Assembly: GCA_036172245.1 (NCBI GenBank)
Contig: JAYWIR010000011.1
Coordinates: 2,418,001-2,482,000, forward strand
Origin: Raillietiella orientalis
Lineage: Eukaryota
Length of the DNA: 64,000 bases
Direction of reading: 5' to 3'
Shown: one piece after another, positions 49,901 through 60,100 of the stretch
How the letters are laid out: each line of letters opens with the position of its first letter
Position numbering within the stretch: position 1 is the stretch's first letter
Notes under the pieces: model-generated
Seen by the model: only the letters and a program-made list of their open reading frames with translations
Told to the model about the DNA's origin: nothing
The model's database searches: none
Made by a program: the position numbers and the translations under genes

Positions 49901-52900
49901 CCGCGGGCATTTTCCCATCGCATCGCTGATGCCACCGGAAAGTTTGCACAGCCGCCGCTGCGACAACAGAAAGGCAAGAAGGAAGTGAGAAGCATCGGGC
50001 GCAGAAAAGACACCGCTGGAGGAGGGCGGCCCCTGACGTCCGCGCACCGAGGAGCAGGCAGGGACGTCGGCGCACAGGATGGGGGGCAGGGAGGATCCGG
50101 AGGGATGCAGAGTCTGGGGACACGTCCTCGTCGCGGGAAAAAAGGACAGGAGGAAGGGAGGAGCAGCACCTTGGGGTCGTGCAGGGAGCGCGAAAGAAGA
50201 ACGGCGGGCGGTGGGCCCTCCTCGCCGAGAGACAGTTTGGGAGCGATCCCAGGAAAGCAGCAGCAGCAGCAGCGACGGCGGCGACCCTTTCGCTCCGCGC
50301 GCGGCCCGAAGGGCAAAGCGCAGGAAGGCCTACTTACACGCACTCGTTGGGAGCACTGCAGGAGCCGTGCTTGGGATGGCACCCGGAAGAGCAGATGGCT
50401 GGAAGGGAGAACAAAATAGGGAATCAGTGAACGGGCTGCCGCTGCGCGCCGGAACCTCTCTTCACTCTCTCCCACCTTCCCTCGCCCCAGGGCGCGTCTG
50501 CCACCTTCATCCTCCTCCCGCCCCGCTGGTGCCCAGCAGGCTATCCCAGGGGCCGAGGTGGTCCCGGGTAGGTCTCCGTCGGCGCCGTTGCCCCCGAAAG
50601 GCACCACTGCCCATCCCCTTCCTCGGATACCATCTCCTCCGGTGAACGTGGGAGGAAGAAGAGGAAGGGGGGGTCTTGCACGCGCACGGCAACAAAAGGG
50701 GCCGAAGCACACGCGCGCGCGCTCTGCCGCTCCCGCGAAGGACGAAGCAGCAGATGTGCTGTGACGTCACCATGCGCTCAATGAAAGGAAGAGGCCCCTC
50801 CGGTGAGCAGATTCCCGCGGCCGGAGCAGGCGACAGCAGCGGTTGGCCCGTTGCGGGACAGCTGGCGTTTTATCGCACACCAGCTGTGGCGAGGACGCGG
50901 AACGCGGGCGCTGCGCCCCCGCGTTCGCCCCCTCCTCCTTCTGCTCATTCGCTCCCGAGCGAGCGACACCGGCGCTCCCCGAGGGCTGGGTACTTTTTTG
51001 TTTTTTTCCTTCCCCTCCTCCCTTCGACTCCCCAGGAAAGGAGGAAGGGGGGAGGAGCAGGAACGGATCGTTCGCGCGCACGTCCCGGAAACCCAACCGC
51101 ACGCGTCAGCGAGCGAGCGAGCGCTCGAGCACAGGCGAGACAACCGCGAGACGCGAGGACGCGGGCGCTCGCTCCCTGCGGTGCCCCCGGGATGGGAGAG
51201 GCACGCGCGTGCCCTGAGCACCGTTACCGTACCTTTATCACAGTATTCGCCGGTCCAGCCGGGAAAGCAGATCTTCTCTCCGGACGCTGTGCACTTGTAG
51301 TGCCCGAACACGTCGTCCCGAGGCCGGCACAGCCTGCTGCACGTCTTCCCGTAGTAGTGCATGGCGCAGCGGACGCGGAACTCGTACGCCAAGCTAACGT
51401 GGCCCTTGACGTAGTGCGCCGTCGTCCACTCCTCCTTGACGCTCAGCCACCGCTGCGCCGTCACCCTGGCAATGAGGCTGGCGGCTGCTGGAAGCAACGG
51501 GACACTGAGGCGCCACGCAGACTCGGGGCATGAGGCGGCAGGATGAAAGCAGCGCCGGCTCCTGGCCGGGCGGGAAGGAGCAGAGGGGGCGCTTGAGCAC
51601 CAGCCACGGGGCTGCCCCCTCCTTCCGTCGCCTTAACGACTGACGGACGCGAGGACAGCCTGCGCTTTCCCCTCCCCTTACTGCGTCCCTTGCAGAGCCA
51701 AACCCATCCGTCCTCCCATCTCCGACGCAAGCGGTCTCGGTTTCTCGAGAAGCCGCGCGCGTCGCCGTCCACAGGGCCGCCTCGCGGCGGCGTCTCCGCA
51801 GCATCTCCGCCGACCGGAAGTCGCGAAACGGGCGTCCTCTTCCGCCTGACCCTGCGCTCTCCCGCCAGCCATCTGCGCACTCGGGGAAGCCGGCCAGCCG
51901 CCCGCGAGGAAGACATCTGCGCACGTCCCTGCGCTGCACTCCTGCGCCCGCGCTCACCGAGGGCCGGCCGGCCTACCGGCGAACGGTCCCCGAGCGGGAG
52001 CGTCCCCACGTCAACGGACGGCCGCCTCCCTCCCGCGCGAGGCGGCGGCGGCGGATGTTTGCCCTGCCGGCTGCCGGTGGACACGGAGCAAACATCGCTG
52101 ACCTCCCACCGCCCCGCTCTTCCGCCGGGGAGAGTCTGCCCGCGCGAAAATGCCGCACGCGACGCGGGCGGACGCCCCGCTGCTTTCCCCCCGGCGCCTC
52201 CCAGGACGTCCGCCGGAGCCACTCCAACCCTCGCGGGACGCATCGGTCGCGCGGGCGAATTCCCAGAGGACTCGCTCGTGCCCTCTGCGGACAGTGGACC
52301 GTGACGGCTCGCGGACGGCCTTTCACTAACCGTCGACAGATCTGCGCACACGGCCGCTCCGCACGAGGTTACTCGTTGGCCACGCGAGGAGAGCTGCCTC
52401 CTCGGCCGACCCTGCGCACCTCTTCCTCCGCGGCGCCGTCGCTAGCGAACCACGGGGCGGAGCGGGTCTTCCCCGCGCGGGGAGGGCAAGCAGCGCGCGC
52501 ACGGTCAAGAATGCAGCGCCACCACCGGCAGCGGCCGACGAACAGCAGGAGGAAGGAAAAGAAGAAGCGTCTTACGTTCGGCGTCCGCAGCGGTCACCTT
52601 CGGGTCGTTCTCGTGCCAGGCCTCGATGATCAGGGAAAACGTCTCCTGGAAACGCACCGACTGTAGACGAGGGGGTGCACTCGGGGACCCGGGAGCCGCG
52701 ACTCGGCCGAGAGCCGTCGCCGCCAAGAACGAGAGACGGGACGAGGAGCCGGGCGAGGGGACGGGCGCCGGAGGAGGGGCGAGCAGCCGATCGGCCAGAC
52801 GGGACGGGTCGCCTCCTTCCGCCGCTGCCACCTCTCCCTCCTCCGGAGGCGCCTCGGCGCCCGCCCTCCCCTCTTCCTTACCCGGCGGGGGAGGGGGGAC

Positions 52901-53791
52901 CACCGTGCGGGGAGGAACAACCAAAGAGGGTGCTCACCGGCCACGAGAACTCGACGGGGAAGACGATGGGGTTCCGGAAGGTCGTGCTGTCGGGCACCCT
53001 GGCCCCGAGGAAGTCGACCGAGTTGTTGGCGACCACGGGCGTCACCACGTCGCCGAAGGTGCACGGGCCGCTGGGATCCACCACGGCCAGGTAGTGCTTC
53101 AGGCACACCCGGAACTTGGTGCGGCACACGTCGCCGCAGCCGCCAGCACCGCCGACGGCGCCGCTGCCGTCACCGCCGCCGCCGCCGCAGCAGCTCCCCG
53201 TGGAGTCGCGTCCCAGCTCGTTGAGGAAGCGCTTCAGCCGCAGCTCGAAGAGGGCCTCCGGGGAGACCTGCAAGGCAGCAGCACGGGCGAGTGTCGTGTG
53301 TGGGGCGCGCGCGTGGGGGCGCTGCCACGCTTCTCGCCGAAAGCTCCTCCCGTGCGGGAGGGAGAGCGAGCGAGCGAGCACGAGGCAGCGAGGGAAGGAG
53401 GGAGGGAGGAAGGGCGGCACGGGAGGCGGGGGGAGGGGAGCGAAAGGAAGGAGGATCCGGGGGATGGGACGAGGAAGAAGACCGGCCGGCCTGCCTGCCT
53501 GCCTGCCTGCCTGCCCGCACGCTCGCGGGCAGGCTGCCGGAGGTGGTGGTGGTGGTGGCGGGAACGGTCGAGGCGGCGGGAGGGAACGAGCGAGGGAGCA
53601 AAAGCAGGAGCAGGAGGAAGGGAGAGACGGGCGGGAGAGGAGGGCCGGGGAGGCCCCTCCTCCTCCTCCTGCCCCTCCCGGCCCCGCGGAAGCACCGCCC
53701 GCAACGGGGACCGCCGCCGGCGCACTACCTGCTGCTGCACGATGACGCAGAAACACAGGAAAAGTGCCAGTTGTGCATCCAGGCGGCGCAT
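46854..53791 (-). CDS. Dl: Delta (Notch ligand), complete 10-exon CDS, 837 aa: join(53729..53791,52938..53267,52576..52645,51233..51487,50338..50398,49614..49744,48607..48776,48342..48555,47198..48275,46854..46995), complement
   Basis: Exons total 2514 nt. All introns are GT-AG with consistent phases (0,0,1,1,2,1,0,1,2). The protein has a signal peptide, MNNL ([12 protein letters not shown]...PCTFG...[14 protein letters not shown]), DSL (C..HYYG..CS..CRPRDD.FGHY.C...GEK.C.PGW.G.YC), 9 EGF repeats, a TM helix, a basic stop-transfer stretch, the QNVEN motif and terminal ATEV. There is no cysteine-rich VWC region, so it is Delta rather than Serrate/Jagged. Confidence 0.97.
47198..48275 (-). CDS. 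Dl: Delta exon 9: EGF6-9, transmembrane helix (~47653-47727), most of the intracellular domain
   Basis: [20 protein letters not shown]...[47 protein letters not shown]...; donor AG|GTGAGC. Confidence 0.95.
48342..48555 (-). CDS. Dl: Delta exon 8: EGF4 end, EGF5, EGF6 start
   Basis: [16 protein letters not shown]...CRPNPCKN(G)|GTAGGC; removing the flanking 51- and 66-nt introns restores EGF cysteine spacing. Confidence 0.92.
48607..48776 (-). CDS. Dl: Delta exon 7: EGF3 and start of EGF4
   Basis: [29 protein letters not shown]...CVNGGTCY; donor TAC|GTAAGG. Confidence 0.95.
49614..49744 (-). CDS. Dl: Delta exon 6: end of EGF1 plus EGF2 (DOS motif)
   Basis: [46 protein letters not shown] acceptor, donor G|GTAAGA. 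Confidence 0.96.
50338..50398 (-). CDS. Dl: Delta exon 5: first part of EGF1
   Basis: CCCTTCCAG|(A)[19 protein letters not shown](V)|GTAAGT. Absent from the ORF track but required by phase and homology. Confidence 0.94.
51233..51487 (-). CDS. Dl: Delta exon 4: end of C2 plus DSL domain
   Basis: [18 protein letters not shown]...[45 protein letters not shown]; tandem CAGCAG acceptor; donor G|GTACGG. Confidence 0.96.
52576..52645 (-). CDS. Dl: Delta exon 3: MNNL/C2 domain
   Basis: [30 protein letters not shown], donor C|GTAAG. Confidence 0.95.
52938..53267 (-). CDS. Dl: Delta exon 2: MNNL/C2 domain
   Basis: Acceptor CCTTGCAG|; [27 protein letters not shown]...[12 protein letters not shown]...[12 protein letters not shown]; donor CCG|GTGAGC. 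Confidence 0.96.
53729..53791 (-). CDS. Dl: Delta exon 1: signal peptide [21 protein letters not shown]
   Basis: ATG in CAAACATG context, hydrophobic core, donor CAG|GTAGTG in phase 0 matching exon 2. Confidence 0.85.
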
Positions 53792-54240
53792 GTTTGCCGA
53801 CGCGGAGGCTTTTCCGGGACTGGGAACGCAACCAGCTAATTTTAACGGGGGCGCCCGGCCGACAGTTGCATGGCGACGAGGCAGGAGGCACGGGAACAGG
53901 ATCGGCAGCGCGTCCTCCGCGGCGAGTGTGCAGCCACCATCACGCGTAGGTCACGACTGAGTTCGCGCGGCGGCGCGGACCGCCAGCTCGAGAGCTACCG
54001 GTGTGCTCGTCGCAGCTGGAGCCGCCGTTGCCGTCGGCTACGCGCCCGCAAGCGAGGAAGCCAGGGATCCCGTGGAGATGGGGGGATGAGAGCGACGCGG
54101 CGCAGGAGGCGGCGGGTGTCGGCGCGCGCGTTCCCTCCCTCTCCCTGTCCCTCCCCTCCCTCTCTCTCTCTCTCTCTGTCTCGTGCGCGCGGGGGGGGAG
54201 GGGGGCAGGTGGGGGTAGAGCGCAAGGGGGAATTTTTATG
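53792..54240 (-). promoter_or_regulatory. Candidate Delta proximal promoter / 5' UTR
   Basis: Inr-like TCAGTC at 53955-53960 and TATA-like CATAAAAA at 54233-54240 (minus strand; spacing between them is not canonical). An acceptor-like TTGCGTTCCCAG lies 28 nt before the ATG. Confidence 0.3.
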
Positions 54241-56784
54241 CGCGCGTGAGAGAGCGGCAAGGGAGGGGGTGGGGAGCGCGGCACGTTGCATTCCGCGTCG
54301 AGGACGACCGGTCGCCCTCCCCCCCGGGAGTGCCGGCAGCCGGATTCTTCTCCACACACTCAGACTGCTGCCTTCCCTTGGCCCACTCCAGCCTTCCTGC
54401 TCCCTGTTGAACTTCTCATTTTTCTCCTCCCCTCCCCCCTCCCCTCGTTCGTTCTCCGTTTGTACTTTTTGCTCCTTCTCCCCCCTTTTATTTTTGCTTT
54501 TTGAACCCTGTGGGAGTGCCGCGGTGCAGCCTGAGGGGAGTGGTCGAGGCGCGTCTCTCGCCCACCCCCATCCTCTGCTCCTGAATCGTACGCGGGGTGT
54601 GCCCTCCTGCGATGCGGGGAAAAGAAGAAACCGGAAGTGTCCGGTGGATGCTGCGAAGGGCCTCATCTCCAAGAAGGGCGGGTCCGGAGGCGCCCTGCCT
54701 CCGCGCCCACGTCGCGAAGACGGGGAAGAGGGGTCGCCCCCCCGCGGCTCCGGGCAAACGCTGCGGCCCCGCCCAACGGCTCAGTGGCCTCCGGAGAAAG
54801 GGAACGCGGGAGAGGTAGAAGGCTGGAGAGGAGGAGGCGTTTCGGGGGGGGGGGGAGGGCATCGAGTCGTTGCTCCAGCTTTCGGGCAATGGCCGGGAAC
54901 GCTTCGGTAGCGATGGGAAAGGAGGGCCAAGGGCTCCGTGCACTTCGTTGCCTAGGAAGCAGCTTGGACTCCGACGCTCCGCGGCAGGCCGCTCGACTGC
55001 TCTCCCGGAGCTGCCGCCGCCGACCAGGGGTGGGTTGCCCCCATCGGTGGGCAGTCCGATGCCTCCGCGCTCTCACCGTGTGCGGGCATCTCCGCCCCGA
55101 CAAACGGAGGAAAGAGGAGGGAGGGCGCAATCCTCCTCCTCGCTGCTTCCTTCCCTTCCACGCTCCGTCAGCATTGGAAGGGCGCTCGCGGGCGACCTGG
55201 AGAGGAGGACGCGAGGAACGGAAGGGAGAAAGTGGGGAGGAGGGGGAGGAAGGGACGGGTCGCGTGGCAGCGATCCGCGGAGACGGGAGCTCCCGTTGCC
55301 GAGGGAACGCGCCGCGTCCATCTGCCGCCGCCGCCGCGGCGCGTCCGCCCAAAACGCGGCAGCTGCCGCTCGCCGCCGCCGCCTCTCTCGGGACGCGCAC
55401 ATGCCGCCTGCCCGCCCGCCGCCGCGAGCACAACACCTGCCGCTTCCCGGGGGACGCGCGAGCGCCTTGCCTTATCCCCGGGAGGAGGGGAGGCGCAGCG
55501 GTGGAGGAGGCGACAAGCCGCCACGCGCCGCCGCGCGCGCGTTTCGCCCCCTCCGCCGCCGCCACGCTAGCGCGCTCCGGTCGGCGCGCTAGACGCCGCG
55601 CGGGCCGAAGGGAGGGCGCACGCATGCGCAGACCCCCCACCCGCCCTTTTTTCTCTTCCGAGGGAGGAGGCCCCTCGCCCGCGGCCCCGCCATGTCACGC
55701 GCGGGGGCCGCCTGAAAACCCTCCTTTCTTTCCTTCTCCTCGGCCACGAGGGAGGGAAGGGGAGCGTCTCTCCCCCGCCAGGAGCGGCCCCTCCCGCTCG
55801 GCCCCGCGTGTCCGGTTACGCGCGCGTCCCGCTCGCACGTCGAGATGCTTTTCCCCCTCCTCCTCCCCACTCCTCTTTTCTTTCTCCCTCCCCTCCTCTC
55901 CTGCCTGACATCTGCCACGCGCGCGTCCCGGCCCGCTCCCGGACGGACGGACGCATCTGCCGGCCGCAGGGAGATGGAAGGCGGGACCGGCGCCCCGGAG
56001 GCGACTCCGCGCTTCCGGCAGGGCGCTCGCCGCCCCTCCGCCTCCTCTACTGGGAGGGCGAAAAGGAGGGGCCGGGAGTGCATCTCCAGCGCAGCCTGCT
56101 CCAGGGGTGGAGGAAGTCGCCGCCCGTGGGCTTGCAGGCAGCTCCTGCCGCACTCTCGTTTTTGTCCCGACCGGGGGTAGCCGCCCCCTCTCCCCGTCGC
56201 CTCGGAGGAAATGTAGTCCAGAAAATCCCGGAGCTCTCACCGGTGTCCGGGGAGCGCGGCGTGGGAAGGCCGCGAGTCAGCCTTCCGGGACTCTGCTCCC
56301 GAGGCGATGGAAGTCCTGGAACGGGGAGAGGGGGAAGGGGCGAGGAAGGGGAGGGGGAGCAGGTGTTCCCCTCGGGATCGGCTGGCCTCGCGCGGCGGCG
56401 GTGGTGGTGGGGGGAAAACGCGCGAGGGCGCTCGAGGGCTGCTGCTCCGTGGGAGGCAGCGGCTCGATTGCTCGTCGATGGAGCCTCTGCTTCCCGCCTG
56501 CTCGCGGAGCGATGGCGACAGGTTGAGGGGGCAGGTGGGGTGGCTAAGAGGACATGCGGCTCCGGACACCCGAAAGCAGCGTCTCCTCCGCCCACTTCCA
56601 TGGCCGTTGCGCCGAGCCATGAATCGATGTCAAAAGAGACCCGCCCGCTAGACGGGGAGCAGGGGAGGACGAGGGTCGGACGAGTGCAGGAGACCTCCGG
56701 GGACCCCCCCTTCCTCCTCCAAGAGGGAGACGGGGCCTGCCTCAGCTCGGCCTCCTCCTTCTCGAAGCTCTGAGGGGGGACGAA

Positions 56785-57120
56785 ATGGCACATCAATCTC
56801 TGGCGTGGACCGAGGGTGCAGCAGTCGCAAGAGGCTGCGTGGACCGCAAGGGGCTCAAGAGAGAAGCTCAAGGGCAGGTGGGGGGTCTTTGCTTCTCTCC
56901 CCTCATCCCTGGTGGTCCTCCTACCTCTTTCGCTCCCGTGGGAGCCAAGGGGGGTGGCGCCAAGGAAGAGGAAGCCATAACGGATCGGGGGTCAAGCCTT
57001 CCCCTCCATCCTCTCACCTTGCGGAGTCCCCGGGCTTGCCGGGGGACCTGGGAGGAGGAGTTCTGTAAAGCCCTCAGAAGCATCTTGAAGGGTTTATGGG
57101 CTTCTCGTGGGAGGTCATGA
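56785..57120 (+). mobile_element. Possible decayed LINE APE fragment
   Basis: ITDRGSSLPL..LTL...EEEFCKALRSIL (~ISDRIxSLRL..LTI...KEEFYxxLxxI). Confidence 0.25.
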
Positions 57121-57949
57121 ACGAAGGAGGCGGGCGGGGTCGGAGTTCCTCGGCTGGCCCCTCTTCCGGCCCCAAGCCTGCCCGGGATGCTCCGGGAGGA
57201 GGAGGAACGCATCCGGAGGCGGGGAGAAAACCGGAAGCCGGGAAAGCGGAGGGGAAAAAAAAATGTTCCTGCCGTCTTCCTGGACGGAGAAGCAGGGAAT
57301 AAAAAAAGGCGGAAGGGGAAAAAGGGGGAGCGCGGCATCGGCGTATTTTGGGGGTTCCCCTGGCGAGGGTTCAGAGGCGAACGCCAACATCTGGGGACCA
57401 CGAAGAATTCCGCAGGAGCGGCGGGGAGAAAAAACGAAGGGGAGGGGAGGAAGGGATCCGTCCGGCCCCTCCCCTCACTCTTTCCACGTGGGACGGGAGT
57501 TCCCTGTCTCGCCCCGCTCAGCTGCCGTCCTTCCCTCCTCCCCTACGAAAGGTGGCCAGGGGACTCACGCTTTCCCGGAGGAGCAGCGCCGCCGGCAGCA
57601 GCGAGGATCCTCCCACTGCAGGAGGAGGAGGCGCCCGGGTGGCGAGTGGGTCCATCCCGTCGCCGTGAGCAAGGGAGACTTCCCGGGGAATATGCAGCAG
57701 CAAGGACCGCGGAGGGAGGCCCGTCCCTACCCCCCTCCCTGTCCATCTTCATTTCTTTGCCCCTACTTCCTTCCCCACCCTTTGTTTTCGCATGGATTGT
57801 GCCTGAGACGCCTCTACACCCGGGCTGTCACCCTTTTCCCCCTCCCTTACGAAAAAAAAAACACCCATGGGGAAGGAGAGGGGGGAATGGGGAGGGCATG
57901 GGCCTGTTCCTTGAGTCTTCCTGATGACATCCCTCCTTCTGGACTGGGA

Positions 57950-60100
57950 GTCTGCCGACGCACGAGCGCTTCCACGCGCTCCACGGGGAGGAGAGGGATA
58001 GGGAGAGGAGCATCCCCACCCGACCCATTCCCCTTCCACTCCGCTCGCGTAGAGGGTGCACGCGCCGGAGCAGTCCGTGAGGCTCTTCCAACCGGCAGTC
58101 GAGCCGGTCGCCTCCAGCGCTCCCACACGTGACAGCGGACTACCCCACTTCGCACTTCCCTGACTTCTGTTCCGAGGTCGGAAGCACTGGGATGCCTTGA
58201 GCTCTGAGCTGGACGCTCGCCTTCCGCGCCGCCCGGGTGCGCCTCGGACGGGTTGGAGGTGCCTGCGCGCTGCGGAGTGGTGGTCCTCCCCTCCTCTCCT
58301 TATCTTCGGCAGCGCTCGCTGACTTCCAGGGATCACGGAGACCGAGGGGGGGGGAGGGGTAGCGAGCCTTCGTCTGCCGGCTAGGGCCGAAACTGCCCCG
58401 TCTCCGGCTCGCGATCCCTCGCGTCGGGAAACGCTGGGACCGGCCTGGAGAGGGCAGAAGGGCCGTCCCAGAGCACCCAGGAGGACGTGGTCCTGGGCAC
58501 GTGTCCAGTCGCCTCGGCTCGTTCTCCCCCGTCGGAGGGGGGAGGGGAACGCGTGGCTCCTAGAGCCACTGCAGGAAGAGTGCCGCTTTCACAGCCCCCC
58601 AGAAAGGAATGAAAAGGTCCACCCCGACGGGAGAAGAGGTGGGTTTCTGTTATTCCTGGGGGAAAGGAAGCGGGTGGGTGGGTGTGGCGCCTTCGTTCCA
58701 ACTCGCACATCGGTAGGGCAGGGTTTGTGTGATCTCGCAGAACCGAGGGATGCGGGTCCGTGATCCCGTCCAGGAGGGAGTCCGCAGCCTGGGGTCCGAT
58801 CTCCCAGTCCCAAGGGCTTATCAAGTCACCTGCTCTCCCGTCGCGAGGTAGCCGGGATGGAGAGAAAGAGACGGGAGTGGGGGTGGGATGTCCACTCGCG
58901 ACCTCTCGTCTGCCACGTTTCGCTTCGTCACCCCCACGCGATGGCACATGTGAATGCGGGGTGCGAACAGGTGGCGGCGGGAGGGAGGGGTGTTGTCTCC
59001 ATCCTCTCTACACTCAACCCGCCATCCTCGCGCCATCCTCCTTGGGAGGCGCCGCGATGGCGCCCTCCGCCTTGACGATGCCATCTGTTCTTCCGCCATA
59101 CGGCTCCAGGATGAATCCTGTGGGATCCGAACTGCGGACGCTGTTTCCGGCCTTCTGGGCCTCGCGGAGACGTGTGGGCACTGCCCGACTCGCATCGGTG
59201 CGGACGGCCCCGCGAGAAGGCGCCACCGGAGTCTTCCGGGCAAAGGCGCCTTCCGTGGCAGGGTGGGGCGGAGTCGGGAAGTGGCGGCACTTCCACGGTG
59301 CTGCGAGGCGGCGACCGGTGGACCGCGGGGCAGGGACCGAGAAACAGCGCCCTGGGCGCGAGCGGTCCGAGAGACCCTCTTCTGCATCAGCACCGCCAGC
59401 AGCACTCCACGAGGCGAGTCTCGAAAAGAAAAGGAAAATTCCGACTCCTTCGGGTAAGGAAAGTCTGGACGAGAACGCTGGAGACGTGTGTTGGATGCTT
59501 CACCCGCCCCCGCGCCTCGGGGAGGGTGTGTAGCCTCCCTCCCCATTTTTCCTGTGCCTCGCGGTCCCGATTCGGTTGGCCTGAAACGAAACCGAGTTCT
59601 CCCCACTCTGCGCAGCCGCCGCCGAGCAGCCCACCTCGCAGAGGCGGCTGAGCTTTCGCGTGGTCTCGTCCCTCTTACCCTTCCTCTGTGCTCCCTGGCG
59701 ACTTCCGCCGGAGAGAATTGCCGGACCGGAACCAGAATCCGATCGCCACCTCTCGACCAGCTCGGAAGAAAAGACCAAGGTGGACGCTGCCGTCGCCGTC
59801 AAGGAGCACCTTCGCCCCTTCCCTCCCCCGACTCTCCCCTCCCCGCGCCGCGTATTCTACCCGACCAGCGGAGAGTTTCCCGTGACCGCGAAAGATCACC
59901 TTGGAGATAGCCCGCGCTCTCTGATCCGCAGCCGCGCCGGAAAGATTCAGGGGGATAGGGAGCGGCCCCGGGTAGTGGTGGAAGCCCCTGTCCCCAGTGG
60001 CACGTGGGAACCCGAACACCCGGCTGGAACCGCGCCCGAGTCTCGGCACCTAGATTGGTTCGGGACGCCGGGTGCTCCCCCCTGTCATGGTTTTCGGATT
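57950..60100 (-). mobile_element. Decayed RTE-like LINE (APE followed by RT relics)
   Basis: In transcription order: EYAA (~VYAP), KVLLDGDGSVHLG (~xIxxGDFNAHxG), GKMG, SNTRLQ (~NTxFQ), VLMQKR (~ILVQKR), DGI, FPQE*QK (~PxEWKK), QFRP (~GFRP). Confidence 0.4.
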
